A stretch of 59,753 nt of DNA from Candidatus Atribacteria bacterium (GTDB lineage: Bacteria; Atribacterota; Phoenicimicrobiia; Phoenicimicrobiales; Stramentimicrobiaceae), in assembly GCA_029556475.1 (NCBI GenBank), contig JAKQEP010000076.1, positions 1 through 59,753 on the forward strand, in the 5' to 3' direction. A program made the translations under genes and the position numbers. This document shows, piece by piece, positions 1 through 10,798 of the stretch. The notes beneath the pieces were generated by a model. The model did not search any database, was not told where the DNA came from, and worked only from the letters and a program-made list of their open reading frames with translations. The number at the start of each line of letters is the position of its first letter. Position 1 is the first letter of the stretch.

Positions 1-202
1 AAGAGAAGGCCACTGTTATTGTTTCTTTGAAATGGCAGGTTATTTGATTATGAGGTTTGCAGGTAAAAATCATAAAAGGTGACATTATCTGGCGATAATT
101 AACTCCCCTTTTAGGTGACATTTTCTAAAGTTATTGACATAAAAAAATTATTTTTTATATATATTTTAAAGTTATTCTGCTTACAATATCTCTTATTTTA
201 AT

Positions 203-1312
203 CTAATCCAGATAATCTTTTAATTTTTTACTTCTACTGGGATGTCTAAGTTTTCGTAAAGCTTTTGCTTCAATCTGTCTGATTCTTTCCCTGGTAACGC
301 CAAATTCTCGTCCAACTTCTTCTAAAGTATGGGGATGACCATCGGCAATGCCAAATCTTAACTCCAGGACACGTTTTTCTCGATAAGTTAAAGTTTTCAA
401 GACATCATCCAATTGTTCTTTTAGTAAAGTGTGAGAAGCTATTTTAGGTGGTGCTGGCGAGTCTTCATCTTCAATAAAATCTCCCAAAAGACTATCATCT
501 TCTTTTCCAATGGGACTTTCCAAAGAAATCGGTTGTTGAGCAGTTTTAATAATTTCTTTAATTTTTACCAGGGGTAATTCCATTTTTTCTGCAATCTCCT
601 CTAAAGTTGGCTCCCTGCCCAGTTCCTGCAAAAGTTGTCTGGAAACTCTTACCAATTTATTGATAGTTTCCACCATATGTACCGGAACTCTGATAGTTCT
701 TGCCTGATCGGCAATGGCTCTGGTAATAGCCTGTCTTATCCACCAGGTAGCATAAGTACTAAACTTGTAACCCCGGCGATAATCAAATTTCTCTACCGCC
801 CGGATTAAACCCATATTTCCTTCTTGAATTAAATCTAAAAAGAGCATACCTCTGCCCACATAACGTTTAGCGATACTTACCACCAATCTTAGATTAGACT
901 GAACTAATTTTCTTTTTGCCTCTTCATCTCCTGCTTCCATACGTTTGGCCAAAACAACTTCTTCGTCTGCTGTTAATAATCTTATTTGACCAATTTCTTT
1001 TAGATACATTTTTACCGGATCATCAAGTTCAATTCCCCTGCCCACCACTAAATCAGCATCAATCTCTTTTTTAGAAATGGCTAAGTCTTCTTTTTTCTTG
1101 GGCTTTTCTTTATCTGAAATTAAATCATCTTCTTTTTCTTCTTCATCATCAACCACGTCTACGCCATATTTACTGAGAGTATCATAAAGGTCTTCAATCT
1201 TATTGATGTTTAATATTTCATCATCCAGATAGTTTTCAATTTCCTGGAAAGTAACATAATTTTTTTCTTTTCCTTTTTCAATTAACTTATCAATATCTTT
1301 ATTCTTAGCCAT
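203..1312 (-). CDS. rpoD: RNA polymerase primary sigma factor RpoD/SigA
   Basis: Region 1.2 [11 protein letters not shown], region 2 [12 protein letters not shown]...DLIQEGN...[20 protein letters not shown], region 4 [18 protein letters not shown]; follows dnaG. Confidence 0.98.
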   Translation of the reverse strand: MAKNKDIDKLIEKGKEKNYVTFQEIENYLDDEILNINKIEDLYDTLSKYGVDVVDDEEEKEDDLISDKEKPKKKEDLAISKKEIDADLVVGRGIELDDPVKMYLKEIGQIRLLTADEEVVLAKRMEAGDEEAKRKLVQSNLRLVVSIAKRYVGRGMLFLDLIQEGNMGLIRAVEKFDYRRGYKFSTYATWWIRQAITRAIADQARTIRVPVHMVETINKLVRVSRQLLQELGREPTLEEIAEKMELPLVKIKEIIKTAQQPISLESPIGKEDDSLLGDFIEDEDSPAPPKIASHTLLKEQLDDVLKTLTYREKRVLELRFGIADGHPHTLEEVGREFGVTRERIRQIEAKALRKLRHPSRSKKLKDYLD

Positions 1313-1367
1313 ACTAACATCTCCTCTATTTCAATATCCGGCAAGTGCCCGGTTCAATAAAAAAGGA

Positions 1368-3128
1368 TCATACCATTGTTTTTATTCTGTATAATATATC
1401 CTGATATTTCTGTAAAAGTTCGGCATTAACATTTTTCTTTCTTTTTTCTTCTTCATTTATTGCCTTTTTAGTCTTTTCTAGTTCCAGCTGTAATCTGTAT
1501 ACTTTAATTGCTTTTATGGAACGTTCAATAGTAACTGAATCCAGAGAAATAACATCTCTTAGCATAATTTGGGGTATTAAATTTGTTATTGAGGGTTGTT
1601 CAACTTTATCCATCACTTTTTGCAAAGATACCTTTTCTCCACTATTAAATAAATTCATAATTATAGAGAAAATTTCCCGATGTTCCGGCACAGTAAAATC
1701 TTCAACCCTCAAGTCAGACACTATCCTTTCAATAGCATCTCTTTTCTGCAACATTGTACCAATTAATATTTTCTCAGCATTAATATGGGTAGATTCAACC
1801 GGGAAATGGGTTAAAATATTTGATAATTTTTTATTGCCCTTTTTATACTGATTTAAATCTAACAATATGCTCTCTTCTGTTAAACCTAATCTTTCAGCAA
1901 TTTTTTTCACTTCACTGCGTAATTCTATATCACTACTTATGTCATTTAAATCGGGAAATAATTCTTTAATTATATTAATCTTTCCTTCACTACTGGCAGG
2001 ATTATATTGCTGCTTCAATACTTTTAGCTTGTAATCCACCAAGGGTAAAGCATTTTCAATAAGGTTGTTGAAGAATATTTTTCCTTTTTGTAAAAGTATA
2101 TCAGCCGGGTCACTGTCAGGGGGCAAATGGACAACCCTTACTGTCAGTCCAGCTTTTTTTACGATACCGAGACTTCTCAGTGTAGCATTTTTGCCGGCAG
2201 TGTCAGAGTCAAAGGCAATAAGAACTTCATCAGCAAATCTCTTTAATAGCCCAATTTGTTGAGTGGTTAAAGCAGTACCTAGAGGAGCGACTGCATTTTC
2301 AAATCCAAATTGGTGAGCAATTAACACATCAGTATAACCTTCCATAATAATAATCTGATTTTTTTGCCGAATACTCTGTTTTGCTTGAAAAAGTCCGTAG
2401 AGATTTTTTGCCTTATTGTAAACTAATGTCTCAGGTGAATTAATATATTTTGGTAATTTATCATCCAACACTCTTCCGCCAAAAGCAATTATTTTACCCT
2501 GTAAATTAATGATGGGAAAAATGATTCTATCACGAAAATAATCTATTGGCTTCCCGGTTGTAGTGCTCTTAAATCCCAATCCTGCTTTAAATATATCTTC
2601 CAGTGCTGCCTTTTTTGATAACAAAAAATGGACCAGATGTTCAAAACCCGGAAAGGCGTAACCCAGTTGAAATCTTTTTATTATTTCTTCATTAAAATTT
2701 CTCTTTACCAAATAATTCAGCGCTTTTTCCCCTTGAGGTAAAAACAAATTTTTGTGATAATATTCTGTTGCAATTCTGTTTAAACGAAAAATAAGCTCTT
2801 TGTCCTGGATACTTTTATTGTTCTGTTTTTCATAAACAGGTAGTTGTACCCCTGCCTTATTGGCTAATAGCTTAACTGTTTCCGGAAAGGTCAACTTTTC
2901 AATTTTCATTACAAAAGTAAATATATTTCCACCTTCACCACAACCAAAACAATGAAATATTTGCCGTTGCCCATCTACCATAAAGGAGGGTGTTTTCTCT
3001 TGATGAAAAGGGCAAAGTCCTTTATAGCCTTTACCACTCTTCTTTAAAGTCACATATTCTGAAATAAGAGCTATTATATCTAATCTATTTCTAATTTCAT
3101 CTAAAATCTCTTCAGAATACCTAACCAA
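1368..3128 (-). CDS. dnaG: DNA primase
   Basis: CHC2 zinc finger CPFH..KTPSF..CFGC, KYINSPET, TOPRIM EGYTD and FDSD.AG; TTG start after AAGGAG. Confidence 0.98.
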   Translation of the reverse strand: MVRYSEEILDEIRNRLDIIALISEYVTLKKSGKGYKGLCPFHQEKTPSFMVDGQRQIFHCFGCGEGGNIFTFVMKIEKLTFPETVKLLANKAGVQLPVYEKQNNKSIQDKELIFRLNRIATEYYHKNLFLPQGEKALNYLVKRNFNEEIIKRFQLGYAFPGFEHLVHFLLSKKAALEDIFKAGLGFKSTTTGKPIDYFRDRIIFPIINLQGKIIAFGGRVLDDKLPKYINSPETLVYNKAKNLYGLFQAKQSIRQKNQIIIMEGYTDVLIAHQFGFENAVAPLGTALTTQQIGLLKRFADEVLIAFDSDTAGKNATLRSLGIVKKAGLTVRVVHLPPDSDPADILLQKGKIFFNNLIENALPLVDYKLKVLKQQYNPASSEGKINIIKELFPDLNDISSDIELRSEVKKIAERLGLTEESILLDLNQYKKGNKKLSNILTHFPVESTHINAEKILIGTMLQKRDAIERIVSDLRVEDFTVPEHREIFSIIMNLFNSGEKVSLQKVMDKVEQPSITNLIPQIMLRDVISLDSVTIERSIKAIKVYRLQLELEKTKKAINEEEKRKKNVNAELLQKYQDILYRIKTMV

Positions 3129-3337
3129 ACAAAAACTCCTTCTATATCTAGAAATCTTTTTCTAATATCTATTTCTCCAAAAAAACAGGAAATCCTCTTT
3201 TTTATTAATATTTTTTAAAAAAAATTTATTATAAGAGGAAAATCCATTAAAAAATAAAAATGATGAATATGGATATTATTATTGTTTTAACCATAATTAA
3301 AATATTTTAATGAAGGCAGCTCTTTAAAAAAATCTTT

Positions 3338-4540
3338 TTAAGGTTGTTTACTTACTTTACCGTACTTTCCACCACCACCAGGGATCAATAATAATTCACT
3401 TTTTCGCGCTAAAATTATATCTGTAGCAATTTTAGGACCAACAATCCGACTCAAGTCATGAAAGGTAGTTTTATGTAAAATGTTCATCTCGGTACCAAAA
3501 TGGTAGAATAGCTCTTCTCTGGTTTTTTTACCAATTCCTGGTACAAAGTCAAGCGCAATCTGGTAGTAGTAGGGCGGTCTATGGGTGGGTGAAAATGAAT
3601 CTCTTCCATTGCTTAATTCTATAATCCTATCCAGCACTCCTTTGGTGATTTTTTTACTTCCGCATTCTTTACAGTAGGATACCGGAGGAGGCTCTAAGGT
3701 TTTGGTCTTACATTCATTACAAAAAGAACGATTATATTTCCCCAGTTTAGGGTTAAGCCCATAATTTTCTACCACTTTTCTGCCTGATTCTCTTTTTAAA
3801 GCCACTAACAATTCTTTGTAGGATGGTTTTTCCATCAAAATTGTATTATACTCCCGAGCTATTTTAGATAGGGAATGAGCATCAGAATTTGTTAAGAAAG
3901 TGAAATCTGATAACTCAGGTAAGCAATCAGCAAGAAAGGTATCTGCACTTAATCCCAATTCTAAAGCAGGGATTTTCTTTAAAGTAGAAGGACTAAAAAT
4001 TTCTTCTAAACGTGCAGTACAACTGCCAAAAACACTCTTATAGGGAGTGAAGACATGGGCAGGAATGACAATTCCATCTAAATTATCCACTATATTAAAA
4101 AAATCTTGAGCAGGAATTCTGCTATTCTGTGAGCTTAAGTTTAAATTGGTTATCAGTTTGTTCATTATCTTACTGAACTTAACTACATTAGCAAAATAAG
4201 GAAAATAGGCAATCTGGTGAGACAAACCTCCCTTTTTCTCTTTACATTCTATCTCTGCACCCAATATAATAGTAACCACATCATGATAACGCAAACCTCC
4301 ATCCAATAATTCTTCCATCTCTCCCAAATTGAGCATTTTTTCAATATCTTCAATAACTCGAGGGGAAGCACAATCCACAATTCCAACAATATCAATACCT
4401 TTTTTAACCTGACATTCCCGGGCAATATTGGCAAAGGTTAAATTTCTGGACGCAGTCACCTTAACCGGTAAAGCCCTTTCATTTCTCCCAATATGTACAT
4501 GTAAATCTACAAAATATTTATTTAAATTCTTTTCTATCAT
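3338..4540 (-). CDS. Endonuclease Q family PHP-domain protein (TIGR00375-like)
   Basis: DLHVH, IPAH.FTP, ELGLSADT, NSDAHS..KIAREY, PKLGKY, CxxC..CxxC zinc ribbon, GVLDRI, FGTEMNILH. Confidence 0.88.
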   Translation of the reverse strand: MIEKNLNKYFVDLHVHIGRNERALPVKVTASRNLTFANIARECQVKKGIDIVGIVDCASPRVIEDIEKMLNLGEMEELLDGGLRYHDVVTIILGAEIECKEKKGGLSHQIAYFPYFANVVKFSKIMNKLITNLNLSSQNSRIPAQDFFNIVDNLDGIVIPAHVFTPYKSVFGSCTARLEEIFSPSTLKKIPALELGLSADTFLADCLPELSDFTFLTNSDAHSLSKIAREYNTILMEKPSYKELLVALKRESGRKVVENYGLNPKLGKYNRSFCNECKTKTLEPPPVSYCKECGSKKITKGVLDRIIELSNGRDSFSPTHRPPYYYQIALDFVPGIGKKTREELFYHFGTEMNILHKTTFHDLSRIVGPKIATDIILARKSELLLIPGGGGKYGKVSKQP

Positions 4541-5073
4541 TTATGGAGCCACCACAGGATCCCCACTAATGATTTAGCATCTATAATATTTCTATTTTTT
4601 ATTAATAATTGGACTTCTTCTCGATTTAGTTCTACAATTTCTATAAATTCATCCTGATCAGTATTGCTTCGAGTTTTAATTAAATTACTGGCATAATAAA
4701 GGGTTAATTTTTCATTACAAAAACCGGGTGCAGAGTAAAAATGATAAATCTCTTGCCAGTTTTTTGCAATATATCCTGTTTCTTCTTCCAATTCTCTTCG
4801 GGCACAATCTATTATTTTTTCAGAGAGCTCAATGGTCCCGGCTGGTAGTTCCAATAAGAACTCTTCAACAGCTTTACGAAATTGTCTTACCAATACAATT
4901 TTATGTTCTTCCCTTTCAGCCAAAATAACTACTGCACCAGGATGTTCTACAATTTCCCGGATAGCTTTTCTCCCATCAGGGAGAATTATGGTATCCTTTC
5001 GTAGTTTAACTATTTTTCCCTGATAAAGTTGTTCAGATTTGATAGTTTTTTCCGGTATTTTTTCTCTTTCCAT
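4537..5073 (-). CDS. nudF: Nudix hydrolase, ADP-ribose pyrophosphatase type
   Basis: Nudix box GTIELSEKIIDCARRELEEETG; ADPRase features REIVEHPGAV, RQFR, ELPAG, SAPGF. ATG at 5073 follows AAGGTGA (ORF track starts at GTG 5085). 4-nt overlap with next gene. Confidence 0.85.
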   Translation of the reverse strand: MEREKIPEKTIKSEQLYQGKIVKLRKDTIILPDGRKAIREIVEHPGAVVILAEREEHKIVLVRQFRKAVEEFLLELPAGTIELSEKIIDCARRELEEETGYIAKNWQEIYHFYSAPGFCNEKLTLYYASNLIKTRSNTDQDEFIEIVELNREEVQLLIKNRNIIDAKSLVGILWWLHK

Positions 5074-5132
5074 ACTAAACTTCACCTTTATTATTCATAA
5101 TAATCTAAGCCTTTAATCAGACTTCTTGAAAA

Positions 5133-5996
5133 TTATTTTATTTTTTTAAGGTAGTTCAGGATTTCTTTTTCCACCTCTTCTTTTAGACGATAACTATGCT
5201 CTTCATCCGGGAAAAGGCCGGTTTTTACCTCTCTATCAAATTCTGAAAGTGCCTTAACAATTTCCTGGCCAATTTGTGCATATTTTTTAACAAATTTGGG
5301 AACAAATCTTTCAAACAAACCCAATAAATCATGTATTACTAACACTTGAGCATCACAAAAAGGTCCAGCGCCTATTCCTATAGTGGGGATTTTAAGTCTT
5401 TCAGTAATGACTTTAGCAACTGGATTTGGAATACCCTCCAGTACAATACTGAAAGCACCGGCTTCTTCTAGGGTTAAGGCGTCTTCAAGTAATTTCTCAG
5501 CAGCTATAAGATTCTTGCCTTGAACTCTAAAACCACCCAATTGAGAGCTACTCTGAGGAGTTAGACCGATGTGACCCATTACTGGTATACCAGCCCTGAC
5601 TATGGCTGCAACTGTATCTGCCATTCTTTTTCCTCCTTCTAATTTGATGCAATCTACTTCGGCTTCTTTCATAAATCTCCCGGCATTTTCTATTGCTTTT
5701 TCTTTGCTCACTTCGTAAGAAAGGAAAGGCATATCTCCTACAATAAATGTATTAGGTGCTCCCCTCACCACAGCTTTGGCTAAAATTATCATAGTATCAA
5801 GATTTATTGGAACAGTACTCTGCAGTCCTAACATAACCATTGCTGCTGAATCTCCTACCAGTATCATTTCAATATCAGTCTTGTTTACCTGAGTAGCTAA
5901 AGCAAAATCATATGCAGTGACCATGGTAAATTTTTTTCCTTCCAGTTTCATGAAAATGAAATCTGGAATCATTGTTTTCTTTTTAATTTGTTCCAT
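5133..5996 (-). CDS. panB: 3-methyl-2-oxobutanoate hydroxymethyltransferase
   Basis: TAYD, LVGDS, GDMPF, KLEGG, GHIGLTPQ, IGIGAG, LVIHDLLG motifs intact. Confidence 0.97.
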   Translation of the reverse strand: MEQIKKKTMIPDFIFMKLEGKKFTMVTAYDFALATQVNKTDIEMILVGDSAAMVMLGLQSTVPINLDTMIILAKAVVRGAPNTFIVGDMPFLSYEVSKEKAIENAGRFMKEAEVDCIKLEGGKRMADTVAAIVRAGIPVMGHIGLTPQSSSQLGGFRVQGKNLIAAEKLLEDALTLEEAGAFSIVLEGIPNPVAKVITERLKIPTIGIGAGPFCDAQVLVIHDLLGLFERFVPKFVKKYAQIGQEIVKALSEFDREVKTGLFPDEEHSYRLKEEVEKEILNYLKKIK

Positions 5997-6010
5997 CTTG
6001 TTTTCTCCTT

Positions 6011-6946
6011 CTAAATATTTATTTGTTTCTCATATTTTTCTTCTATTGCCCTTATCAATTCAGTTATCATCTGATTAAAGGGAGTGGGTATATTAACCAT
6101 TTCTCCTTCTTTAACAATAGCTCCATTTATAAAGTCTATCTCAGTTTTTCGTTTTCTTATAACATCCTGTAGCATGGAATTTATATTATTCTCTGTCTTT
6201 TTACAGATAGAGATAACTTCATTGAGCATATCTTCATGAGTTAACTTAATTCCTTTTTTCTTAGCTACCTGTACTGCCTCTTCAACCAGAGCTCTTTGTA
6301 TTTTTGGAGAAAATTCTCCTTTAACAATTTCGCCATTTTTAACTCTCATCAATACCCCTAAAGCATTAATTCCAACATTGATCACGAGTTTACTCCAGAT
6401 TAACCCCAATACATTCTGATTAATTTCAGTTTTGATCCCAGATTGATTGAGAACTTCTGCAATATCTTTGATACGAGTAGTTAATTTACCATCCAATTCA
6501 CCAATGGCAGTTGGGCCAGTACCAGCATGTAACACTTTGCCTGGTCCTAGTATAGTAGCTCCAAACGAAGTTGTTCCGGCTATGACTTTTTCTTTTCCAT
6601 ATATTTTACTTAATATCTCAGTGTTGCCCAAACCATTTTGAAGAGTCAGCAGGGAGGTATTCTCACCTATTATCGGTAAAAGCTTATTGGCAGCTTCTTC
6701 AGTATGATAAGATTTAACAAAAATAACTATTAAATCTGGTTTGCCTTGAATCTCTTCAGTTTCAGTACTTGCTTCAATTTTAACAAACCTATTTCCACTT
6801 AATCCTTCAATCCATAAGCCCTTATTGTTGATGGCATCTACATGCTCCTTCCAGATATCTATCAGAAAGACCTGATTACCCGATTCTGCGAGTAATCCGC
6901 CAAAAAGAGAGCCCATGGCACCAGCACCAACTATATTTATTCTCAT
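6011..6946 (-). CDS. panE: 2-dehydropantoate 2-reductase (ketopantoate reductase)
   Basis: GAGAMG, VKSY, LQNG, WSKL..N, SMLQD, TEIDFING motifs; 14 nt upstream of panB. Confidence 0.93.
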   Translation of the reverse strand: MRINIVGAGAMGSLFGGLLAESGNQVFLIDIWKEHVDAINNKGLWIEGLSGNRFVKIEASTETEEIQGKPDLIVIFVKSYHTEEAANKLLPIIGENTSLLTLQNGLGNTEILSKIYGKEKVIAGTTSFGATILGPGKVLHAGTGPTAIGELDGKLTTRIKDIAEVLNQSGIKTEINQNVLGLIWSKLVINVGINALGVLMRVKNGEIVKGEFSPKIQRALVEEAVQVAKKKGIKLTHEDMLNEVISICKKTENNINSMLQDVIRKRKTEIDFINGAIVKEGEMVNIPTPFNQMITELIRAIEEKYEKQINI

Positions 6947-7050
6947 GATATATTTTCCTTTAACATTTCTTACTTGTGTGTAATTTATATAAATAATATT
7001 ATTTCAGATTAAAATATTTTACTGATGGACTTCTTTTTTATTTAATAAAA

Positions 7051-8043
7051 TTAAAATAAATCTTTATAACATGGAAATCCATACAATGATTCGGTATTTT
7101 TTACCGCTTTGACTACTGCCTGTGCCATCACTTCAGCGGCTAATATCCCCACTAAGTTTACTTCCGCTTCTACCTTATTGGTCGCAGAGCAAAAGATTGT
7201 GTCACCATCAAACATGGTATGGGCAGGAATAATTGTTCGAGCATAACCATTCTGTGCCATCATAGCTACTTTAGTTGCACCAGCCTTTGTTAAAATAGCA
7301 TTGGTAGCAATGACACCTATAGTTGTATTGGCAGGGAATTGAGCTGAACTATTTTTTGTCAGAGATCTCCTTTTTAAATAAGAAATAGTATTAATAAATT
7401 GCTTCTTATCTTCCGCCAAAGCACCGGCAATAATCCTTCCACATTGTGGATCAATAACATCTCCAAAACAATTGACTGCAACAAGTGCACCCACAATCAG
7501 GTCATCACATTTTAAACTAGCTGAACCAATACCACCCTTCATACAATGTTTTAAACCCAATACTTTTCCTACTGTTGCGCCTGTTCCTGCCCCAATATTG
7601 CCCTCTCTGTTTTCTTTATCAGTAGCATTCAAACAGGCTTTATATCCCATCTCGGCATCCGGCCTTGCTCTAAAATCAGCCACACCCAAATCAAAAAGAA
7701 CTGCACCCGGAACGATGGGAACTTTGATAAATCCAACATCAAATCCCAATCCCTGTTCTTCTAAATATTGCATAACACCAGTTGCCCCATCCAGACCAAA
7801 GGCGCTGCCACCACTTAGATAGATAGCATGAGCTTTGTCCACTAAATTTACCGGATTCAAAAGGTCGGTTTCTCGTGTGCCAGGGGCCCCACCTCTTACA
7901 TCAACTCCTGTAATTGCCCCTTTCTCAAAAATCACAACTGTACATCCAGTACCGCCTTTTAAATCTTGACTGTGGCCCACTTTTACCCCGGAAACATCAA
8001 TAATGGAATTCTTTAATATTTGTAAATTGTTAGAAGATTTCGT
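7051..8043 (-). CDS. DmpA/OAT-superfamily (peptidase P1/S58) self-processing amidohydrolase, ThnT/NylC-like
   Basis: GCTVV, DVRGGAPGTRETDLL, GGSAFGL, VPIVPGAVLFDL, GAGTGATVGK, N|TTIGVIATNA autocleavage motif, PAHTMFDGDTIF. The frame is open to ACG at 8043, behind SD GAGGTG; first canonical start is GTG 7980. Confidence 0.88.
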   Translation of the reverse strand, partial: TKSSNNLQILKNSIIDVSGVKVGHSQDLKGGTGCTVVIFEKGAITGVDVRGGAPGTRETDLLNPVNLVDKAHAIYLSGGSAFGLDGATGVMQYLEEQGLGFDVGFIKVPIVPGAVLFDLGVADFRARPDAEMGYKACLNATDKENREGNIGAGTGATVGKVLGLKHCMKGGIGSASLKCDDLIVGALVAVNCFGDVIDPQCGRIIAGALAEDKKQFINTISYLKRRSLTKNSSAQFPANTTIGVIATNAILTKAGATKVAMMAQNGYARTIIPAHTMFDGDTIFCSATNKVEAEVNLVGILAAEVMAQAVVKAVKNTESLYGFPCYKDLF

Positions 8044-8094
8044 GGTATTTCACCTCTTTTTATAAAATTATTTTCAAAAATTAAGAAAAGTGGG

Positions 8095-9327
8095 TTACCA
8101 AACCTCTTCGTTTAGAAACAACATAGCTGTTAGGACGTAAATTTTTACTGTTTCAACTAATTCTTCAATTTCAACATATTCATTGATCTGATGAGGTATC
8201 AGTCTATTACCAGCACCGATGGTTACAATGGGAATACCTTTCCATGAATTCAAGAAAGTTCCATCAGTTGCTCCAGGAACTCCATTATAAATGGGTTCCT
8301 TTTTGCTTATATATCTATATGCTTCAGATATAGCTTTGACAATAGGCTCTTCGGGCGAAGTTTCTGTCCAGGGTCGTTCCTCAAGAACTTCCATATCAGC
8401 CTGGAAGTTACCATCTTTTTTAGAGAGTTTTTTAAAAATATTTATAATAGATTTTTTTATAATTTCATGATTTTGTCCAGGAACAGTCCTGATATCTATG
8501 GTTGACATACATTCCTGTGGAATAACATTGATTTGTGCCTCACCTTGAACCGGTGCTTTCAGTATTGTTGGGGTAAAACTAGGGTACCCCAAAAACTTGT
8601 GTTTGCCTAATCTTTTAATCTCTTTCTGCTGTAGCTTTTCTAATTCTAACAATATTTTTGCCATACCCCAGTTGGGATTGATTCCAGCTTCAGGCATAGC
8701 ACCATGAGCCATTTTACCTTTTACCACTATCTTTACTCTTAGCGCACCTTTCTGATAAATACAGATATTGTTTTCTTCGGGTTCACAAATAATTGCTGCA
8801 TCAACTTTATCAGCCCACCCCTGTTTAATAAAATGTTTTATACCTAACATCATGCCTTCTTCATCAACGGGAATACATAATATGATTTCACCTTTAAATT
8901 CAGCTTTTGCATCTATAATAGCTTTAACTGCGTATATCATAGCTGCTAAATTACCTTTGGTATCACATGCTCCCCTTCCATAAATCTTACCTTCATGGAT
9001 GATAGCTTCAAATGGTGGGTATTTCCATTCTTCCGGGTTACCTTCAGTTACAACATCGGTATGCGCCTCAAAAAGCAATCTTCTTCCATCTCGTTTTCCC
9101 TTAATAATTCCTATTACATTAGGCCTACCAGGCACTACTTCATCAATAAAAACCTCTATACCCATACTTTTTAATTTGTTAGCAACAAAATGGGCTACCT
9201 TTTCTTCATTGAATCCTTCTTTTTTAGTATGAAATACACTTTTAATTCTAACCAAATCCTGAGTAAATTGAATAACTCCCTTTTGGTCAATATTGTTGAC
9301 AATATTATCATATTTTGAAATAGACAA
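8095..9327 (-). CDS. M20 family metallo-amidohydrolase (ArgE/DapE-like)
   Basis: Metal-ligand motifs AHTDVV, GRGACDTKG, DEE, CEP and C-terminal PHQINEY; HGAMP dimerisation region. Confidence 0.9.
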   Translation of the reverse strand: MSISKYDNIVNNIDQKGVIQFTQDLVRIKSVFHTKKEGFNEEKVAHFVANKLKSMGIEVFIDEVVPGRPNVIGIIKGKRDGRRLLFEAHTDVVTEGNPEEWKYPPFEAIIHEGKIYGRGACDTKGNLAAMIYAVKAIIDAKAEFKGEIILCIPVDEEGMMLGIKHFIKQGWADKVDAAIICEPEENNICIYQKGALRVKIVVKGKMAHGAMPEAGINPNWGMAKILLELEKLQQKEIKRLGKHKFLGYPSFTPTILKAPVQGEAQINVIPQECMSTIDIRTVPGQNHEIIKKSIINIFKKLSKKDGNFQADMEVLEERPWTETSPEEPIVKAISEAYRYISKKEPIYNGVPGATDGTFLNSWKGIPIVTIGAGNRLIPHQINEYVEIEELVETVKIYVLTAMLFLNEEVW

Positions 9328-9360
9328 TTCTTTTATTTATTCTCCTTATTTATTTTCTTA

Positions 9361-9404
9361 AGCCCCTCTTACTTATTTTAAATATAAAATTAAGAAGAGG
9401 GGCT
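9361..9404 (-). other. Stem-loop between substrate-binding gene and M20 gene, no U-tract (likely mRNA-stabilising)
   Basis: AGCCCCTCTT...AAGAGGGGCT perfect 10-bp arms plus an imperfect AT inner stem; followed on the minus strand by A-rich sequence and an SD, not by U residues. Confidence 0.6.
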
Positions 9405-9460
9405 GGATTGGTTAAATAACTGATATTTTATTTGTTTGTTTCACTATTTAGCAATCAATA

Positions 9461-10639
9461 TTATTTTGCCATAGCTTTAAATACTTTCTCTCCATTCTCT
9501 ATTTCAAACAAGAAAGTTCCTTTACCGGTAGGCACTCCATCAGTCATATCCCAGGTCAATTGAATTCCTTTGAAGCCTTTTACGTTCCGGCAATAGTCTC
9601 TTATTTTAATCCTTTCCTCGGCCAATTTTGCGGGGTCACCTGTTACTCCGGTGTTTTCAATTGCTTCTTTAATCATATAAACACTATCATAATAATTGGT
9701 GGAAAGAGAAGCTGGTTCTATCCCATTGTGGTCTTTTTTGTAAGCTTCTCTGAATGCCTGCCAGCGTGGATCATCTAAGTTCAGGTCAATATAGTTATAA
9801 ATTGAAATCCCTTCTAAACTATCACCACCAGTGGTGTACAAAGCAGTATCATCTGCACTACTGAAGACTAATATTTTTGATTTATCGGTCCAACCCTTTT
9901 TAACCAATTCAATAATAATTTTTGCTGCTTTTTCTGAATTACAGGTTAACATAATGCCATCAGGTTTCTGAGCTAAAGCCTTTAATACAAGAGGTTCAAA
10001 CATTATGGCATCAGTTGGAACATCAACCTGAGATAACATTTTCACTCCTGCTGATTCCAGACCAACGGCATGTGCTTCCGCCATGGGTGGCCAGGCAGCC
10101 CAGTTTTCAACAAACTGTACTACTGTTTTCATATCTGGATGTAATTTTGCCCAGGCAGCAGTGATGGGTGGAAGCTTTTCTTCAGTTATTGGATACCATG
10201 AAAGTGTCCAGGGGAAGTATTCAACTGCATATTCATAGCTGGTTGAAGAAACCATACTAAATAATCCAGCCTTTACTGCAATGGGTACTGCTGCCATAAT
10301 ACAAGCTTCCGGGACTGGACCCATTACTACCAACGCCGAATCAACCAGTTTAGCCATCTCCTCCATTGCTTTATCCTTATCTACACCTGTATCAATAATT
10401 TCGATTTTTATAGGTACTCCCCTTACTCCTCCAGCAGCATTTATCTCTTCAGCGGCTCTATTAGCACTCCAGGACATATATTCTCCAATGCTGGCTATTG
10501 GGCCTGTTATGGTGTTCAAGAAAGGAATATTCCACTCGCTGACTTTTACCTCCTGCCCAAATATATGGAAAGCAGAAGCAAAAACGATTCCTATCACTAA
10601 TATTAAAATACTAAAAAATCGCAATGTTTTACATTTCAT
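9461..10639 (-). CDS. ABC transporter substrate-binding protein, LivJ/LivK-like, divergent
   Basis: Signal peptide, TGPIASIG...AAEEINAAGGVRG, late YYDSVYMIKEAIE; adjacent to liv-type permeases and ATPases. Confidence 0.88.
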   Translation of the reverse strand: MKCKTLRFFSILILVIGIVFASAFHIFGQEVKVSEWNIPFLNTITGPIASIGEYMSWSANRAAEEINAAGGVRGVPIKIEIIDTGVDKDKAMEEMAKLVDSALVVMGPVPEACIMAAVPIAVKAGLFSMVSSTSYEYAVEYFPWTLSWYPITEEKLPPITAAWAKLHPDMKTVVQFVENWAAWPPMAEAHAVGLESAGVKMLSQVDVPTDAIMFEPLVLKALAQKPDGIMLTCNSEKAAKIIIELVKKGWTDKSKILVFSSADDTALYTTGGDSLEGISIYNYIDLNLDDPRWQAFREAYKKDHNGIEPASLSTNYYDSVYMIKEAIENTGVTGDPAKLAEERIKIRDYCRNVKGFKGIQLTWDMTDGVPTGKGTFLFEIENGEKVFKAMAK

Positions 10640-10798
10640 ACTATTTTTCCTCCTTTTTTTTCATTAAAATATCTTTATGGATGTCATTTTATTGTGTAAT
10701 ATTTTAAATCGCTCTATATTATCCCTCCTTTCTGATTTTCTTTTTAATACCCACTGCATAACAATTTTTTTAAAAAACTCCTTTGTATATCTAAATAA

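Noticed and set aside
134-165. Plus-strand TTGACA promoter antisense to rpoD
   Set aside because: No good -10 at 17 bp; AT-rich background makes chance likely
4537-5085. Nudix gene as a ThnR-like CoA pyrophosphatase in the pantetheine pathway
   Set aside because: It has ADP-ribose pyrophosphatase features and lacks the NuCoA motif (LLTxR...FPGG). It is coupled to the endoQ-family gene and has a possible own promoter (TTCAAG-17-TAGATT, 5130-5102).
10700-10735. Orphan SD (AAGGAGGG) between permease and SBP genes suggesting a small ORF
   Set aside because: No canonical start at proper spacing, and stops follow quickly
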